Shown here: positions 18,958 through 30,085 of the stretch, piece by piece
Position numbering within the stretch: the stretch's first letter is position 1
How the letters are laid out: every line of letters begins with the position of its first letter
Source: an uncultured Actinomycetota bacterium
GTDB lineage: Bacteria; Actinomycetota; Humimicrobiia; Humimicrobiales; Humimicrobiaceae
Length of the DNA stretch: 64,000 bases
Assembly: GCA_964603595.1 (NCBI GenBank)
Contig: CAZRVN010000003.1
Location: forward strand, 71,603-135,602
Direction of reading: 5' to 3'
Position numbers and translations under genes: made by a program
The notes under the pieces: model-generated
The model's input: the letters and a program-made list of their open reading frames with translations, nothing else
Database searches by the model: none
What the model was told of the DNA's origin: nothing

Positions 18958-19902
18958 TTGAAAGTACTTATAACAGGCGGAGCAGGATTCATAGGTTCAA
19001 ATGTTGCAGAAGGTCTTCTTGAGAAAAACTATAATGTGGTTATTATAGATGACCTGTCAAATGGGAAAAAAGAGAATATTCCGGGAGAGGCAAAGTTTTA
19101 TCGTTGTGATATAAGGGATAAAGGAATGTATAAGATTTTTAAAGATGAAAGCCCGGACATTGTAATTCATAATGCAGCCCAGTTAAGCGTAAGGGTATCA
19201 GTTGAAAACCCTGTGTTTGATGCTGATATAAATATAATGGGCGGTCTTAATGTAATAAACACCTGTAATATTTTAAGGATAAAAAAAATAATATTTGCTT
19301 CTTCGGGAGGTACAGTATACGGGGAACAGAAATATTTTCCAGCTGATGAAAAACATCCCACCAATCCGGTATCTCCTTACGGTGTGGCAAAACTGGCCAC
19401 CGAAAATTATCTATATTATTTTTATAAAACCTATGGCCTTGAATACATATCTTTAAGATACGGCAACATTTATGGACCCAGGCAGGACCCCTGCGGGGAA
19501 GCTGGAGTAGTTGCCATATTTTCGAGCAGGGTGCTTGAGGATAAAAATCCTACAATTAACGGAGACGGACTTCAGACCAGAGATTATGTTTATGTAAAAG
19601 ATGCCGTGGATGCGAATATTAGAGCTATTAACAGTAATTTTGTGGGTCCATTAAACATAGGGTCTGAAAAAGAAACCAATGTGGTAGAGCTGTTTAAAAT
19701 TTTAAAAGAAATTTCAGGAAAGAGCGGTATAGAAGAAGTCCACGGCCCTCCTAAAGAAGGAGAGCAAAAAAGATGCCAGCTTTCATACCGGCTGGCTAAA
19801 GAGGTGCTTGGCTGGAAGCCGGATGTAGCTTTTAAGGAGGGGCTTGAACTAACCTATAAGTGGTTTAAAGATAATCAGGCCGGATTTAAGATAGGCGGTT
19901 AA
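18958..19902 (+). CDS. NAD-dependent nucleotide-sugar epimerase (GalE/UDP-glucose 4-epimerase family)
   Basis: TTG start behind GGAGG. GGAGFIGS Rossmann motif and SYG…YxxxK extended-SDR architecture. 314 aa. Confidence 0.75.
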   Translation: MKVLITGGAGFIGSNVAEGLLEKNYNVVIIDDLSNGKKENIPGEAKFYRCDIRDKGMYKIFKDESPDIVIHNAAQLSVRVSVENPVFDADINIMGGLNVINTCNILRIKKIIFASSGGTVYGEQKYFPADEKHPTNPVSPYGVAKLATENYLYYFYKTYGLEYISLRYGNIYGPRQDPCGEAGVVAIFSSRVLEDKNPTINGDGLQTRDYVYVKDAVDANIRAINSNFVGPLNIGSEKETNVVELFKILKEISGKSGIEEVHGPPKEGEQKRCQLSYRLAKEVLGWKPDVAFKEGLELTYKWFKDNQAGFKIGG

Positions 19903-20003
19903 TATGGAGAATAAAATAAATTGCAATCTTACTGTCTTATTATTTACATTAACATAATGGTAAGTTAGACTTTTTTATTACATGAAGTAGTATAAAAGCG
20001 GTT

Positions 20004-21260
20004 ATGCTGATTGGTTATCGTAATACGGGCAGGTTTTTAAGGATGAAAGAAAGAAAAAATATAAAAGTGCTTAATATAGTCCCCACACCCTTTTTTGCTG
20101 ACAGGGGCTGTCATATGAGAATACTGGGAGAGATGAAAGCGCTGGCGGATTATGGATTTACAAATATTATTGTAACCTATCACATCGGACGGGACTTGGA
20201 GGGCCTAGATATTAGAAGAATTATAAATATTCCCTGGTACAGGAAACTGGAAGCAGGTCCCTCAATACAGAAGTTCTATATTGATATATTACTGTTTTTC
20301 AAGGCAGCAGGCGTATATATAAGGGAAAAACCTGATATTATATACGGGCATCTCCATGAGGGTGCATTCGTTGGCGGATTAATAAAGTATATTCTGACCC
20401 TGGGGAAGGTCCCTCTTGCGTTTGATGTTCAGGGAAGTTTGACTTCAGAGCTGGATACTTTTAACTGGATAAAAGGAAGAAAAGTAATAAGATGGTTTTT
20501 TCATACCCTGGAGAAATTCGTCTGCAAGATGTCTGATTTTTTTATATGCAGCTCGGTATCAAATGGCGATATTATAAAAAATAGATTTCATATAAATCCT
20601 GATAAAGTAAGAGTTGTAATAGATGGGGTTCATACAGATTTTTTTAGCAATCCTCCGCCGGAAAGATTGCGCGGGGAGCTGGGGGTACCTGAAAATGCCC
20701 CGCTTATAATATTTACCGGCGCTCTTCTTGCTGCCAAGGGAATATGGAATCTTGTATCGGCTATCCCCATGGTATTAAAGGAAAGGAAGGATGCCCATTT
20801 CTTGATAGTAGGTTATCCTGTCAAAGAGACAGCTGCAAGAGTAAAGGAGCTGGGAGTAGAAGATAATGTCCACTTTACCGGTATGGTAGATTATTTTAAA
20901 CTTCCTGAGTATCTTTTAATAAGCGACATAGCAGTTGAGCCCAAAGTTGACAGGGCGGGGGAAGCCAGCGGGAAAGTTATAAATTATATGGGTGCAGGGC
21001 TTCCTGTAGTTTGTTTTGAAGGGAAAAATAACAGGAGGTTTATGGGGCAAAATGGTATTTATGCTGCTGATAATAAAATAGAAAACCTCGCTGCTAAAAT
21101 AATATGGGCAATTGAAAATCCTGATAAAGCAAAAAAGACAGGTGAACTGAATAAAAAGAGAGTAGAAGAAATATTTTCCTGGAATAACAGCATAAAAAAA
21201 ACGGTAGAAGCTTTTAAGATACTTACTGCAAGGAGACAACCTGCGAAAAAAGCTCTTTAA
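20004..21260 (+). CDS. glycosyltransferase family 4 (GT-B, retaining)
   Basis: Two-domain GT4 pattern with a C-terminal E-x7-E-like region (…EPKVDRAGEASGKVINYMGAGLPVV…). The true start is probably the internal Met at ~20043. Confidence 0.75.
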   Translation: MLIGYRNTGRFLRMKERKNIKVLNIVPTPFFADRGCHMRILGEMKALADYGFTNIIVTYHIGRDLEGLDIRRIINIPWYRKLEAGPSIQKFYIDILLFFKAAGVYIREKPDIIYGHLHEGAFVGGLIKYILTLGKVPLAFDVQGSLTSELDTFNWIKGRKVIRWFFHTLEKFVCKMSDFFICSSVSNGDIIKNRFHINPDKVRVVIDGVHTDFFSNPPPERLRGELGVPENAPLIIFTGALLAAKGIWNLVSAIPMVLKERKDAHFLIVGYPVKETAARVKELGVEDNVHFTGMVDYFKLPEYLLISDIAVEPKVDRAGEASGKVINYMGAGLPVVCFEGKNNRRFMGQNGIYAADNKIENLAAKIIWAIENPDKAKKTGELNKKRVEEIFSWNNSIKKTVEAFKILTARRQPAKKAL

Positions 21261-21578
21261 TAATTTATGATTATGACTCTTTGAAACTTTTAGTTTCACC
21301 AACACAGGAAAGGCGTGAATATTATTATTCTTTTATAGATATATTAAATTTTTTTTATATTAGAATATAGTCTGCAATATTGCTTTGGGGCTTTATTGTT
21401 GCTATTATTAAGCATTAAGATGCCAATATCTAATCCAGTTAGCCAGGATTATAAGAGTATAAACATTTAAAGATTGGTGAAAGTAAGAATCTGGAGTTGT
21501 GACTTAAGGTAAGGTCAAATAATTTAAAGCAAATTTTAATTATAAATAAAGAGTTAGAAACTACAGGGCTAAATAAAG

Positions 21579-23192
21579 TTGGACAATATACAAAATAATA
21601 CAAATAAGTATATATTTAATTTTATAATCCCGCTTTTTATCTTTCTCTCAATAGCGTATTTAATCTCAAAAAGTATATTTTCTATAAATGCATTTAATCC
21701 TGTTTTTATTATATCTGTTATTTTGATAGTTTTACTTTTAAATATTTCCACCTTTAGTTTTGAAGGCGGTCTTCTTACACTGTTATTTTTATCCTGTGTA
21801 ATAAATTCTGTACCCGTTATAATAATTAAGACGTATATGTTTTATCCTGTTATTTTGTTTTCTTTTCTGGGATTTACACTCGGGGGAGTATTCAGAACTT
21901 CCAGGATGGAAATGAGCCAGTTCTATAAGGATATTAAATTTAAAATCTTAAGTATTTTTATAATCTTATTTACAATAACCATAACGATTTCTGTTTTTTT
22001 TACCATACTAAATAATTTTAACCTGTTTAGTTTAAAAAATTCGGGGATTCATATATATAATATAGATGTTGCTGGCGGAACCTCAATTGATTCGCTTCTG
22101 TTCTCTTTGGAGATGTATCTAAATTATATAATTACCTTTATTTTATTGTTCCTTCTGGTTAAAAGATTAAAAATTTCTAAATTGTTCCTGGTAAAACTAT
22201 TTTATACTTTATTAAGTGCAAATATAGTAGTTTTTATTGTTTTTCTCTATCAGGTTTTTATTGACCACAGCTTTGGCAACCAGCCGCACTATGTAGATAT
22301 GAACCAGTTAAATTCTACTATGATAGGCCCAAACTCTTATGGCTTTTTCTTAGTCTTGAATATTGGCATATTTACTGCATTCCTTTTCTATCTGGATAAA
22401 AGAAAGCACAAAGTTCTATGTATGATTATGTTATTCATTTTACCTTTCCAAATCCTCTACTCCGGCTCAAGAACAAGTCTTATAGGGCTGGCTATTTTTG
22501 TAGCCCTTGTTATATCTTACTTCTTAGTTTCGTTTTTAGTAGATTTAATCAAAAAGAGAAAAAAGGATAAGAATTATATACTGGTTATGGTTGCTGTGAT
22601 GGTATTGCTTGTTATCATACCATCACTATTTTCATTATTTGAACTTAAAACGGATGTGCTTGATGATAAAGATATCCTTGAGCCATCTATGTTAAAGAGA
22701 CTGAGCAGGAATGCAGAACAGGTGCAGCAAGAAGGTTCCCTGACTAAATTAGTATCATCCCGGAATATTATAATACCGCAGTCAATAGAAATGATAAAAG
22801 ATTATCCACTTGTAGGAGTTGGCATAGGAACCTTTCCGCTTGAGCTGTCCAATTATCTTAAGCTTTCCGGCATTGATTTAAAAATAGTTGATTATACATT
22901 AAACACATATCTTCAAATACTTTCGGAAAATGGTATATTCTCATTTATTTTCTTTGTTGGCTTCTATATTACACTATTTGTAATTATATTTAAAAACTTA
23001 AAAGAAATTGGTGTGGTAAGAAATAGAGAATTTCTTATTATAATAATATTTATTATTTTTAGCTGTCTGGTTATGTTTAATTTCATCCCCGGAACAAATT
23101 ATTATGAAGGTCAGATAATTTATTCATTTGTTTTAATTCTATTATTATTATTGTCATATGATTTCAAGAAAATAGAGCATGAAAAAAAATAG
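21579..23192 (+). CDS. Wzy_C-domain (O-antigen ligase/polymerase family) polytopic membrane protein
   Basis: 537 aa, at least 10 TMs. Conserved Wzy_C region YSGSRTSLIGLAIF…, a large extracytoplasmic loop, then …NTYLQILSENGIFS. Confidence 0.65.
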   Translation: MDNIQNNTNKYIFNFIIPLFIFLSIAYLISKSIFSINAFNPVFIISVILIVLLLNISTFSFEGGLLTLLFLSCVINSVPVIIIKTYMFYPVILFSFLGFTLGGVFRTSRMEMSQFYKDIKFKILSIFIILFTITITISVFFTILNNFNLFSLKNSGIHIYNIDVAGGTSIDSLLFSLEMYLNYIITFILLFLLVKRLKISKLFLVKLFYTLLSANIVVFIVFLYQVFIDHSFGNQPHYVDMNQLNSTMIGPNSYGFFLVLNIGIFTAFLFYLDKRKHKVLCMIMLFILPFQILYSGSRTSLIGLAIFVALVISYFLVSFLVDLIKKRKKDKNYILVMVAVMVLLVIIPSLFSLFELKTDVLDDKDILEPSMLKRLSRNAEQVQQEGSLTKLVSSRNIIIPQSIEMIKDYPLVGVGIGTFPLELSNYLKLSGIDLKIVDYTLNTYLQILSENGIFSFIFFVGFYITLFVIIFKNLKEIGVVRNREFLIIIIFIIFSCLVMFNFIPGTNYYEGQIIYSFVLILLLLLSYDFKKIEHEKK

Positions 23193-23688
23193 AAAAATCA
23201 GTAAATACAACTTACTGATTATTGCAATTATAATATTTCTGGTGTTTCTCCTGATAGTTAATATATATGTATCGATTAATTATCTAACGGTTGAAAAAAA
23301 AGTTAAGAGATTCGGACTGGAAAACCTTTATGGCTTTTATGAAACCGGGCAGGAAGATAATATTACATATAGCTGGACAGGGAAAGAAGCTGTTAAGATT
23401 GTAGAAAGGAAGGGAGAGATAGTCTGTATACCTGTGGGGAATGACAGGCCGGATATTAAAGAGGCAGGTGTTGATTTAAAAATTACTGTAAACAATAAAA
23501 TAAAATACAGTGATATAATAAATTCTAATGAGTGGCAGGTAATTTCAATAAATGTCGGGGAAATGAAAGATGATTATATCAGAATAAAATTCAGTGTTGG
23601 GGATACCTGGAAGCCGGTAGATTTAATTGAGGGCTCTACAGATAGTAGAGCTTTAGGGGTTAAAGTTGGCAGGATTTATTGGGAATAA
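23179..23688 (+). CDS. hypothetical signal-anchored extracytoplasmic protein
   Basis: 169 aa: one N-terminal TM then a soluble beta-rich domain. Overlaps the preceding Wzy_C gene by 14 nt, which suggests translational coupling. Confidence 0.4.
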   Translation: MKKNRKISKYNLLIIAIIIFLVFLLIVNIYVSINYLTVEKKVKRFGLENLYGFYETGQEDNITYSWTGKEAVKIVERKGEIVCIPVGNDRPDIKEAGVDLKITVNNKIKYSDIINSNEWQVISINVGEMKDDYIRIKFSVGDTWKPVDLIEGSTDSRALGVKVGRIYWE

Positions 23689-23822
23689 ACATATAAGCTA
23701 AATAATTGTGTGAAAATTTGTTTACTGGTATTATAATCTAAAGCTATGCTCTTTAAGGATATTATTTTTTACTTAAGTAATTTAAAGATTAAAATTTATA
23801 ATTATTATCTAGGAATGCAATA

Positions 23823-25169
23823 ATGAAAGTATGTGTAATAGGTACAGGATATGTAGGGCTTGTTACAGGTGTTTGTCTTTCTGAGATTGGTAACAGAGTA
23901 TTATGCGTTGATAAGGATAAAGAAAAGATAGCTATGCTGAAAAGCGGGAAGGTACCGATATACGAAGAAGGACTTGAGGAACTTATTAAAAAGAATTCCG
24001 CCAGCGGAAATCTTGTTTTTAGCGAAGATACCGGCTATGGAGTCAGGGAAAGTGACATAATATTTATATGCGTTGGCACACCCCCATTGTCAACAGGAAG
24101 GCCGGACCTGTCAGCAATTGATGAAGTAGCAAGATTAATTGGTCAGTCCATTAACGGCTATAAAATTATTTCAAATAAAAGCACTGTCCCGATTGGAACT
24201 GCAAAAAGGATAAGGAAGATAATAAAAGAGAATCAGAATAATGCAGACAGTGCTCATAAGTTTGATATAGTTTCCAATCCTGAATTCTTAAAGGAAGGCG
24301 AAGCAGTAAAGGATGCATTTTTCCCTGAAAGAATTGTAATAGGCGCTAAGAGCAAAAAGGCGGCAGAGTTGATGAAAGAACTTTACAGGCCTATTATAGA
24401 ACAGGATTTTGATTATGCTTTAAACAATACACATAAAAAAGATAAGATACCTGTCCTTATAACTGATTCTACAAGCTCTGAGCTTATAAAATATGCGTCC
24501 AATGCCTTTCTTGCTACCAAGATTTCTTTTGTTAATGAGATTGCAAACATATGTGAGAGAGTAGGCGCCAATATCCTTGATGTAACCTATGGAATGGGGC
24601 TGGATAGTAGAATTGGCTCAAGGTTTATGAAAGCAGGTATTGGTTGGGGAGGTTCATGTTTTCCAAAGGATGTAAGGGCGTTAAGCTATACTGCAGAAGA
24701 ATACGGCTCACCGGCAAGTATCCTGAACGCAGTGATTCAGGTTAATAATCACCAGAGATTTAAGGTGATACAGAAGGCTGTAAATATGCTGGGAATTATT
24801 GAAGATAAAATTATCGGGATACTGGGCCTGTCTTTTAAACCAAATACTGATGATACAAGGGAAACACCTTCTATTGCAATAATTAATAAGTTTCTGGAGC
24901 TCGGAGCAGAAGTAAGGGTTTATGACCCTGTTGTAAAAAAATATCCAGAGGACATGGACAGAGGCGCTGTTATGGTCCCCACACCTTATAAGGCAGTAGA
25001 TAAGGCGCATTTGATGGTTCTGGCTACAGAATGGGATCAGTTCCATAATCTTGATTTCGAAAAAATAAAAAAACTTATGGCCAGCTTAAATATTATAGAC
25101 GGCAGGAACATCTTTGATAGAGACAAGCTCACCGCTATGGGTTTTAATTATACAGGCATTGGATATTAG
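23823..25169 (+). CDS. ugd: UDP-glucose 6-dehydrogenase
   Basis: 448 aa. N-terminal GTGYVGLVTGVCLSEIGN and the catalytic Cys region (GWGGSCFPKD). Confidence 0.9.
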   Translation: MKVCVIGTGYVGLVTGVCLSEIGNRVLCVDKDKEKIAMLKSGKVPIYEEGLEELIKKNSASGNLVFSEDTGYGVRESDIIFICVGTPPLSTGRPDLSAIDEVARLIGQSINGYKIISNKSTVPIGTAKRIRKIIKENQNNADSAHKFDIVSNPEFLKEGEAVKDAFFPERIVIGAKSKKAAELMKELYRPIIEQDFDYALNNTHKKDKIPVLITDSTSSELIKYASNAFLATKISFVNEIANICERVGANILDVTYGMGLDSRIGSRFMKAGIGWGGSCFPKDVRALSYTAEEYGSPASILNAVIQVNNHQRFKVIQKAVNMLGIIEDKIIGILGLSFKPNTDDTRETPSIAIINKFLELGAEVRVYDPVVKKYPEDMDRGAVMVPTPYKAVDKAHLMVLATEWDQFHNLDFEKIKKLMASLNIIDGRNIFDRDKLTAMGFNYTGIGY

Positions 25170-25208
25170 TTTTTGTTAAAAATCTTTACTGGATGAGGAG
25201 GATTTATT

Positions 25209-25664
25209 TTGATAGAAGGAGTTAAAGTAAAAAAACTTAGGGTTATATCTGATGAAAGAGGAAGACTTATGGAAATGCTCCGCTCGGATGACGACCTGTT
25301 TAAAAAGTTTGGGCAGGTTTATATGACAACCGCCTATCCGGGTGTTGTTAAAGGATGGCATTATCATAAAAAGCAGACGGATAATATGGTTGTGGTTAGA
25401 GGTATGATGAAAATTGTTTTATATGACAGCAGGAAAGATTCACCAACATATAAGGAAGTAAACGAATTTTTTATGGGTGTGCATAGTCCCATGCTTCTTC
25501 AGATTCCAAAATATGTTTATCATGGCTTTAAATGCATTACGGATTATGAAGCGATATGCATAAATGTTGTTACCGAACCTTACAACTATGACGACCCTGA
25601 TGAATTCAGGGCAGACCCTCACAGTAGTGAAATACCTTATGACTGGGATAGAAAAGACGGATAG
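25209..25664 (+). CDS. rfbC: short dTDP-4-dehydrorhamnose 3,5-epimerase-like cupin (RmlC family)
   Basis: 151 aa with the RmlC-type pattern VKGWHYHKKQ…SPTY…IPKYVYHGF. TTG start behind GGAGG. Confidence 0.6.
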   Translation: MIEGVKVKKLRVISDERGRLMEMLRSDDDLFKKFGQVYMTTAYPGVVKGWHYHKKQTDNMVVVRGMMKIVLYDSRKDSPTYKEVNEFFMGVHSPMLLQIPKYVYHGFKCITDYEAICINVVTEPYNYDDPDEFRADPHSSEIPYDWDRKDG

Positions 25665-25673
25665 GAGGAACAG

Positions 25674-26660
25674 TTGGAAGAAAGAAATTTTGGAACTCTT
25701 CTTGTAACCGGCGGAGCAGGTTTTATCGGGAGTAACTTTATACATTACATGATAAAAAAATATCCGGAGTATAAAGTAATAAATCTTGATAAATTAACTT
25801 ATGCGGGAAATCTGGAAAACCTTAAGGATATTGAGAATAATCCCAATTATAATTTTATAAGGGGAGATATTGCCGATAGGAAGATTATAGATGAGATTTT
25901 TGATTCCAGAAGGGTTGATGCTGTAATAAATTTTGCTGCAGAATCACATGTAGACAGGTCGATAGAAGACCCCGGGATTTTTATACAAACTGATGTTTTT
26001 GGTACTTATATCCTGCTGGAAGCTGTAAAAAAATATGGCGGCATGTTCCTTCAGATAAGTACCGATGAAGTTTATGGCTCAATAGAAAAGGGCTCATTTG
26101 AGGAAAAAGCTCCCCTTAAACCAAACAGCCCCTACTCTGCTTCAAAAGCCGGTGCGGAGATGATTGTAAGGTCTTTTTATAGGACCTATGGTACACCGGT
26201 AATTATAACAAGGACTTCCAATAATTTTGGCCCCTATCAGTATCCTGAGAAAATAATTCCCTTGTTCGTCACCAATCTTATTAATAATAAGAAAGTCCCG
26301 CTTTACGGAGATGGAATGAATGTAAGAGACTGGATTTACGTGGAGGATAATTGTAATGCTCTGGACAGGGTTCTTCATGAGGGAAGAATTGGCGAAGTGT
26401 ACAATATAGGTGCAGGGAATGAGAAACCGAATATCTGGATTACCAGGGAAGTAATAAAAATTCTGGGTAAATCGGAAGATATGATTGAGCCGGTTAAAGA
26501 CAGGTTAGGGCATGACCGCAGGTATTCAATTGACTGTTCAAAAATAAAAAAAGAGCTTAACTGGAAGACTTCTTACAATTTTAAAGAGGCACTAGAAAAA
26601 ACCGTTAACTGGTATGTAAATAATGAAGACTGGTGGAGACCCCTTAAGGGAAAGGCATAA
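25674..26660 (+). CDS. rfbB: dTDP-glucose 4,6-dehydratase
   Basis: 328 aa, LVTGGAGFIGSNF…, strong RmlB pattern throughout. Confidence 0.9.
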   Translation: MEERNFGTLLVTGGAGFIGSNFIHYMIKKYPEYKVINLDKLTYAGNLENLKDIENNPNYNFIRGDIADRKIIDEIFDSRRVDAVINFAAESHVDRSIEDPGIFIQTDVFGTYILLEAVKKYGGMFLQISTDEVYGSIEKGSFEEKAPLKPNSPYSASKAGAEMIVRSFYRTYGTPVIITRTSNNFGPYQYPEKIIPLFVTNLINNKKVPLYGDGMNVRDWIYVEDNCNALDRVLHEGRIGEVYNIGAGNEKPNIWITREVIKILGKSEDMIEPVKDRLGHDRRYSIDCSKIKKELNWKTSYNFKEALEKTVNWYVNNEDWWRPLKGKA

Positions 26661-26800
26661 ACATTTCAGGCAGAATTAAATATATACACCCGGTTTATGA
26701 CTGTATAAACATTATTTATAAAGATAAAGCGGATATTTACATTTCTCGAATTGTTATTTTGAATATTTTTGAGTAGTGTTACCATAAATATATAAAATAA

Positions 26801-28138
26801 ATGAAAATAGTAACATTTATAAAAGGATTCTGGCGTAAAGTCAGGACTAGCTCCTTAATCCGTGATTCAGCAAGTACTACTTTTTTTAATACTGCCGGTA
26901 AAGCAGTAGGATTTTTAATCCCCTTTTTTATAGCAGCCTGGTTTGGAGTAACTAGGGCGACCGATGCCTTTTTCTTTGCCTATGGCATAATTATTTTTAT
27001 CTCAGCAATTTTTTACCCCGTAATGGAAAAAGTTATTGTGCCATTTATTGCTAAAGTAAGATCTGATGGCGGGGATGTAGGGAGATTTATAGGCAGTGTA
27101 TCAGTAATAATAACCGCGGTGCTTATTGCTTTATCCCTGATTATTATACTGGTAATTAAACCGGTGCTTTCAATAATTACCAGATTTGATGAGAAGTCTT
27201 TAGAGTTAATTTTTATAATAATACTGGAAACCATACCCCTTATATTTTTTCTTACCTGGACCAGTATGCTGGCAGGGGCTATAAATGCGCATAAAAGATT
27301 TATACTGCCTGCACTATCACCTGCTTTCCGTGCGGTAGTATGCTTATTAATTATTTATTTTTTAAAGGACTTATGGGGTGTGCATGTTATAGCTCTGGGG
27401 TATGTTATTGGGGAGATTATAAGGTTTTTAATATTATTTATTTTTGTTTTTAAAAAGAATCTCTTTAAAATAAGATTATCTTTTAAAATTAATAAGGAAA
27501 ATAAAAGATTTTTAAGGGTTTCCTCTTATCAGGTTCTGGGAATGCTGGTTGTTGGTCTGACTCCTATAATAGATAAAACCATGGCATCCTGGCTCGAAAT
27601 TGGAAGTGTTTCTATTTTAGAGTATGCAGACAGACTTTATATGATTCCCACAACCTTTTTATCTACAGGAGTTATGGTTGTACTTCTTTCTTACTGGAGC
27701 GAGAGGTATTTTAAACTGGGTAAACAAAGGTTAAAGGAAGATATGAAGAAGGCACTGATAGTGGTGACCCTTATAGCGATATTTATAGCTGCAATACTGA
27801 TTGTTTTTAGCAGGTGGATTGCTTTACTTGCTTTTGGTAGGGGAGAGTTTGATATGGAAAAAATTCCTGAAGTAAGTTTGGTGTTTATATTTTATCTTGC
27901 AGGGTTTTTCCCCTATATAGCAGGTAGAATTTTTGTTCAGGCGCATCTTGTTTTAAGCAATACAAAAGCTCTGCTTAAATGCGGGATATATATTAGTATA
28001 TTAAATATTATACTTAATTATATTTTTATGAAATTTTTTGGTGTGGCCGGTATTGCACTGGCCACATCTTTTACTTCCATATTCAGTTTGTGTTATCTTG
28101 GTATTGTTTTTTTTAAAAAACTAGGGAAAGAGGGCTAA
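26801..28138 (+). CDS. polysaccharide flippase (Wzx/MurJ-like MOP-superfamily transporter)
   Basis: 445 aa, about 12 predicted TMs, MOP-family N-terminus. Located in the glycan locus. Confidence 0.65.
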   Translation: MKIVTFIKGFWRKVRTSSLIRDSASTTFFNTAGKAVGFLIPFFIAAWFGVTRATDAFFFAYGIIIFISAIFYPVMEKVIVPFIAKVRSDGGDVGRFIGSVSVIITAVLIALSLIIILVIKPVLSIITRFDEKSLELIFIIILETIPLIFFLTWTSMLAGAINAHKRFILPALSPAFRAVVCLLIIYFLKDLWGVHVIALGYVIGEIIRFLILFIFVFKKNLFKIRLSFKINKENKRFLRVSSYQVLGMLVVGLTPIIDKTMASWLEIGSVSILEYADRLYMIPTTFLSTGVMVVLLSYWSERYFKLGKQRLKEDMKKALIVVTLIAIFIAAILIVFSRWIALLAFGRGEFDMEKIPEVSLVFIFYLAGFFPYIAGRIFVQAHLVLSNTKALLKCGIYISILNIILNYIFMKFFGVAGIALATSFTSIFSLCYLGIVFFKKLGKEG

Positions 28139-28142
28139 TATA

Positions 28143-28916
28143 ATGGATAAGGATAATTACCGTAATAGGTGTTACGATAGCTTTGTAAGCAAACACTGGA
28201 AATATACCCACGAATTATCCAAAAGGGAATATGTTTTTTTAAAAAAGGTTTATAGAAAAAGGTATGGTCCTTTTTTACCTGCCGACTTAAATGCTAAAAT
28301 TCTTGATATTGCATGCGGGGCCGGGCATTTTTTATATTTTATTCAAAGTGAGGGCTATAAAAATTCATATGGTATAGATATCAGTAAAGAACAGATAAAT
28401 TTAGCAAAGAAAATGGGGGTAAAGAATGTTGAGGAGTCGGATTTTATGGAGTATTTACCGTGCTATAAAAAAAGTTTTGATGTGATTACAGCCAACGATA
28501 TTATGGAGCATTTAAAGAAAGATGAATTAATGAATTTTCTGGACCTGTTATACAGGTGTTTGAAGAAAGAGGGCATATTAATAGTAACTGTTCCAAATGC
28601 AATGTCGCTTTTTGGGGCAAGTGCCGTTTTTGCAGATTTTACCCATGAAATAGGATTTACACCCGGTAGCCTTGCGCAGGTTTTACACGCATGCAATTTT
28701 ACCAATGTAAGAGTATATGGAGAGAAACCTGTTGCCCATGATTTTATGAGTGCTGTAAGAAAAGTTATATGGTCCATTTTTAAATTTGGTTTAAAAATTT
28801 GCATCCTTGCAGAAAGAGGAACCGGCCGGGGATTCAGGAAGTACAAGTATATATTTGAACCAAGAATGTATGCGGTGGTAGAAAAGAAAGACATGGAAGT
28901 GCAGGGTAATGAATAA
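28143..28916 (+). CDS. class I SAM-dependent methyltransferase
   Basis: LDIACGAGHF Rossmann motif I and a downstream DVI…ND motif. 257 aa. Confidence 0.7.
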   Translation: MDKDNYRNRCYDSFVSKHWKYTHELSKREYVFLKKVYRKRYGPFLPADLNAKILDIACGAGHFLYFIQSEGYKNSYGIDISKEQINLAKKMGVKNVEESDFMEYLPCYKKSFDVITANDIMEHLKKDELMNFLDLLYRCLKKEGILIVTVPNAMSLFGASAVFADFTHEIGFTPGSLAQVLHACNFTNVRVYGEKPVAHDFMSAVRKVIWSIFKFGLKICILAERGTGRGFRKYKYIFEPRMYAVVEKKDMEVQGNE

Positions 28917-30027
28917 AAAAAGGATTCTTTTTATGGTACCCTCTCTGGCGGGAGGGGGAGCTGAGAGAATATGTGTTAGCATAATCAGAAATATTGACAG
29001 GAAAAAATTTGAGCCCGGTATTATTCTATTTGAAAAGAGGGGGAGTTACCTGCAGGAAATACGGGAAGATGTAGTTATATATGACTTAAAGAAAAAAAAT
29101 AGGTTTGATTTTCTAAAATTGTTAAGGTTATCTGTAAGAATTTTTTCTGAGCTAAAACCGGATATTGTTATCAGTTTTTTAAGTTATGCAAATTTTATTA
29201 ATGTTCTTTCAAAAATTTTAAGCTTCCCTAAAATTCCCGGTAAAATCATTATTAGTGAGCGTAATTATTCTTCTATATATTTAAAGTACGAAAGAATGAG
29301 AAAAATAAAAGAAATTCTTTTAAGAGTGCTTTACAGGAGAGCTGGTAAGGTTGTTGTTATAGCTGAAGGAATTAAAGAGGATTTGATTAATACATTCAGG
29401 ATTCCACATGAGAAAATAATAGTAATTTATAATGGTATAGATGTTAATGAAATTGAAAAGCTTGGCAGCGAACCTGTAAATAGCGTGCTATTTAATGACA
29501 GTGTTCCGATAGTAATTGCCTGTGGCAGTCTGACATTTAAAAAGAATTTCTCGTTTTTACTTTATGCTTTTTCTGAAGTTTTGAAGGTACTTGATGCAAA
29601 GCTTATAATTATGGGAGAAGGAGAGGAAAAAGAAAAGCTTACAGGTCTGTCTGAAAAATTAAAAATAGGTAGCAGAGTATTTTTCCCGGGCTTCCAGAAA
29701 AATCCATTTAAATTTATAAAGAGCGCTGATGTATTTGCTCTGTCATCAAGATGGGAAGGATTTGGCAATGTGATTGTTGAGGCAATGGCATGCGGAGTTC
29801 CTGTTGTATCAACAAATTGTCCCTCGGGTCCAGGTGAGATTATAACTGATGGAAAAAACGGGCTTCTTGTTGATGTTGCGGATGTAAAGGGCATGTCTGA
29901 AGCAATATTGAAGTTATTAAGAGACAGGAAGCTTGCCGGGAAAATAGCCCGGGAAGGAAAGAGGAGAGCAGAGGATTTCAGAGTTGAGAAAATGGTAAGA
30001 GAATATGAGAAACTATTTGAAAAGTAG
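28909..30027 (+). CDS. glycosyltransferase family 4
   Basis: GT4 two-domain architecture. C-terminal EGFGNVIVEAMACGVPVV is the E-x7-E motif. Confidence 0.8.
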   Translation: MNKKRILFMVPSLAGGGAERICVSIIRNIDRKKFEPGIILFEKRGSYLQEIREDVVIYDLKKKNRFDFLKLLRLSVRIFSELKPDIVISFLSYANFINVLSKILSFPKIPGKIIISERNYSSIYLKYERMRKIKEILLRVLYRRAGKVVVIAEGIKEDLINTFRIPHEKIIVIYNGIDVNEIEKLGSEPVNSVLFNDSVPIVIACGSLTFKKNFSFLLYAFSEVLKVLDAKLIIMGEGEEKEKLTGLSEKLKIGSRVFFPGFQKNPFKFIKSADVFALSSRWEGFGNVIVEAMACGVPVVSTNCPSGPGEIITDGKNGLLVDVADVKGMSEAILKLLRDRKLAGKIAREGKRRAEDFRVEKMVREYEKLFEK

Positions 30028-30085
30028 AATTTTTAATTCATATTAATAATGGCTGTCTTTCATGGAATATTTTTGGTGATAGAAA

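Noticed and set aside
23701-23745. Promoter call upstream of ugd (TATAAT at 23732-23737)
   Set aside because: The -10 hexamer is perfect, but no acceptable -35 lies at 16-18 nt spacing. In AT-rich DNA a lone TATAAT is too common to report as a feature.
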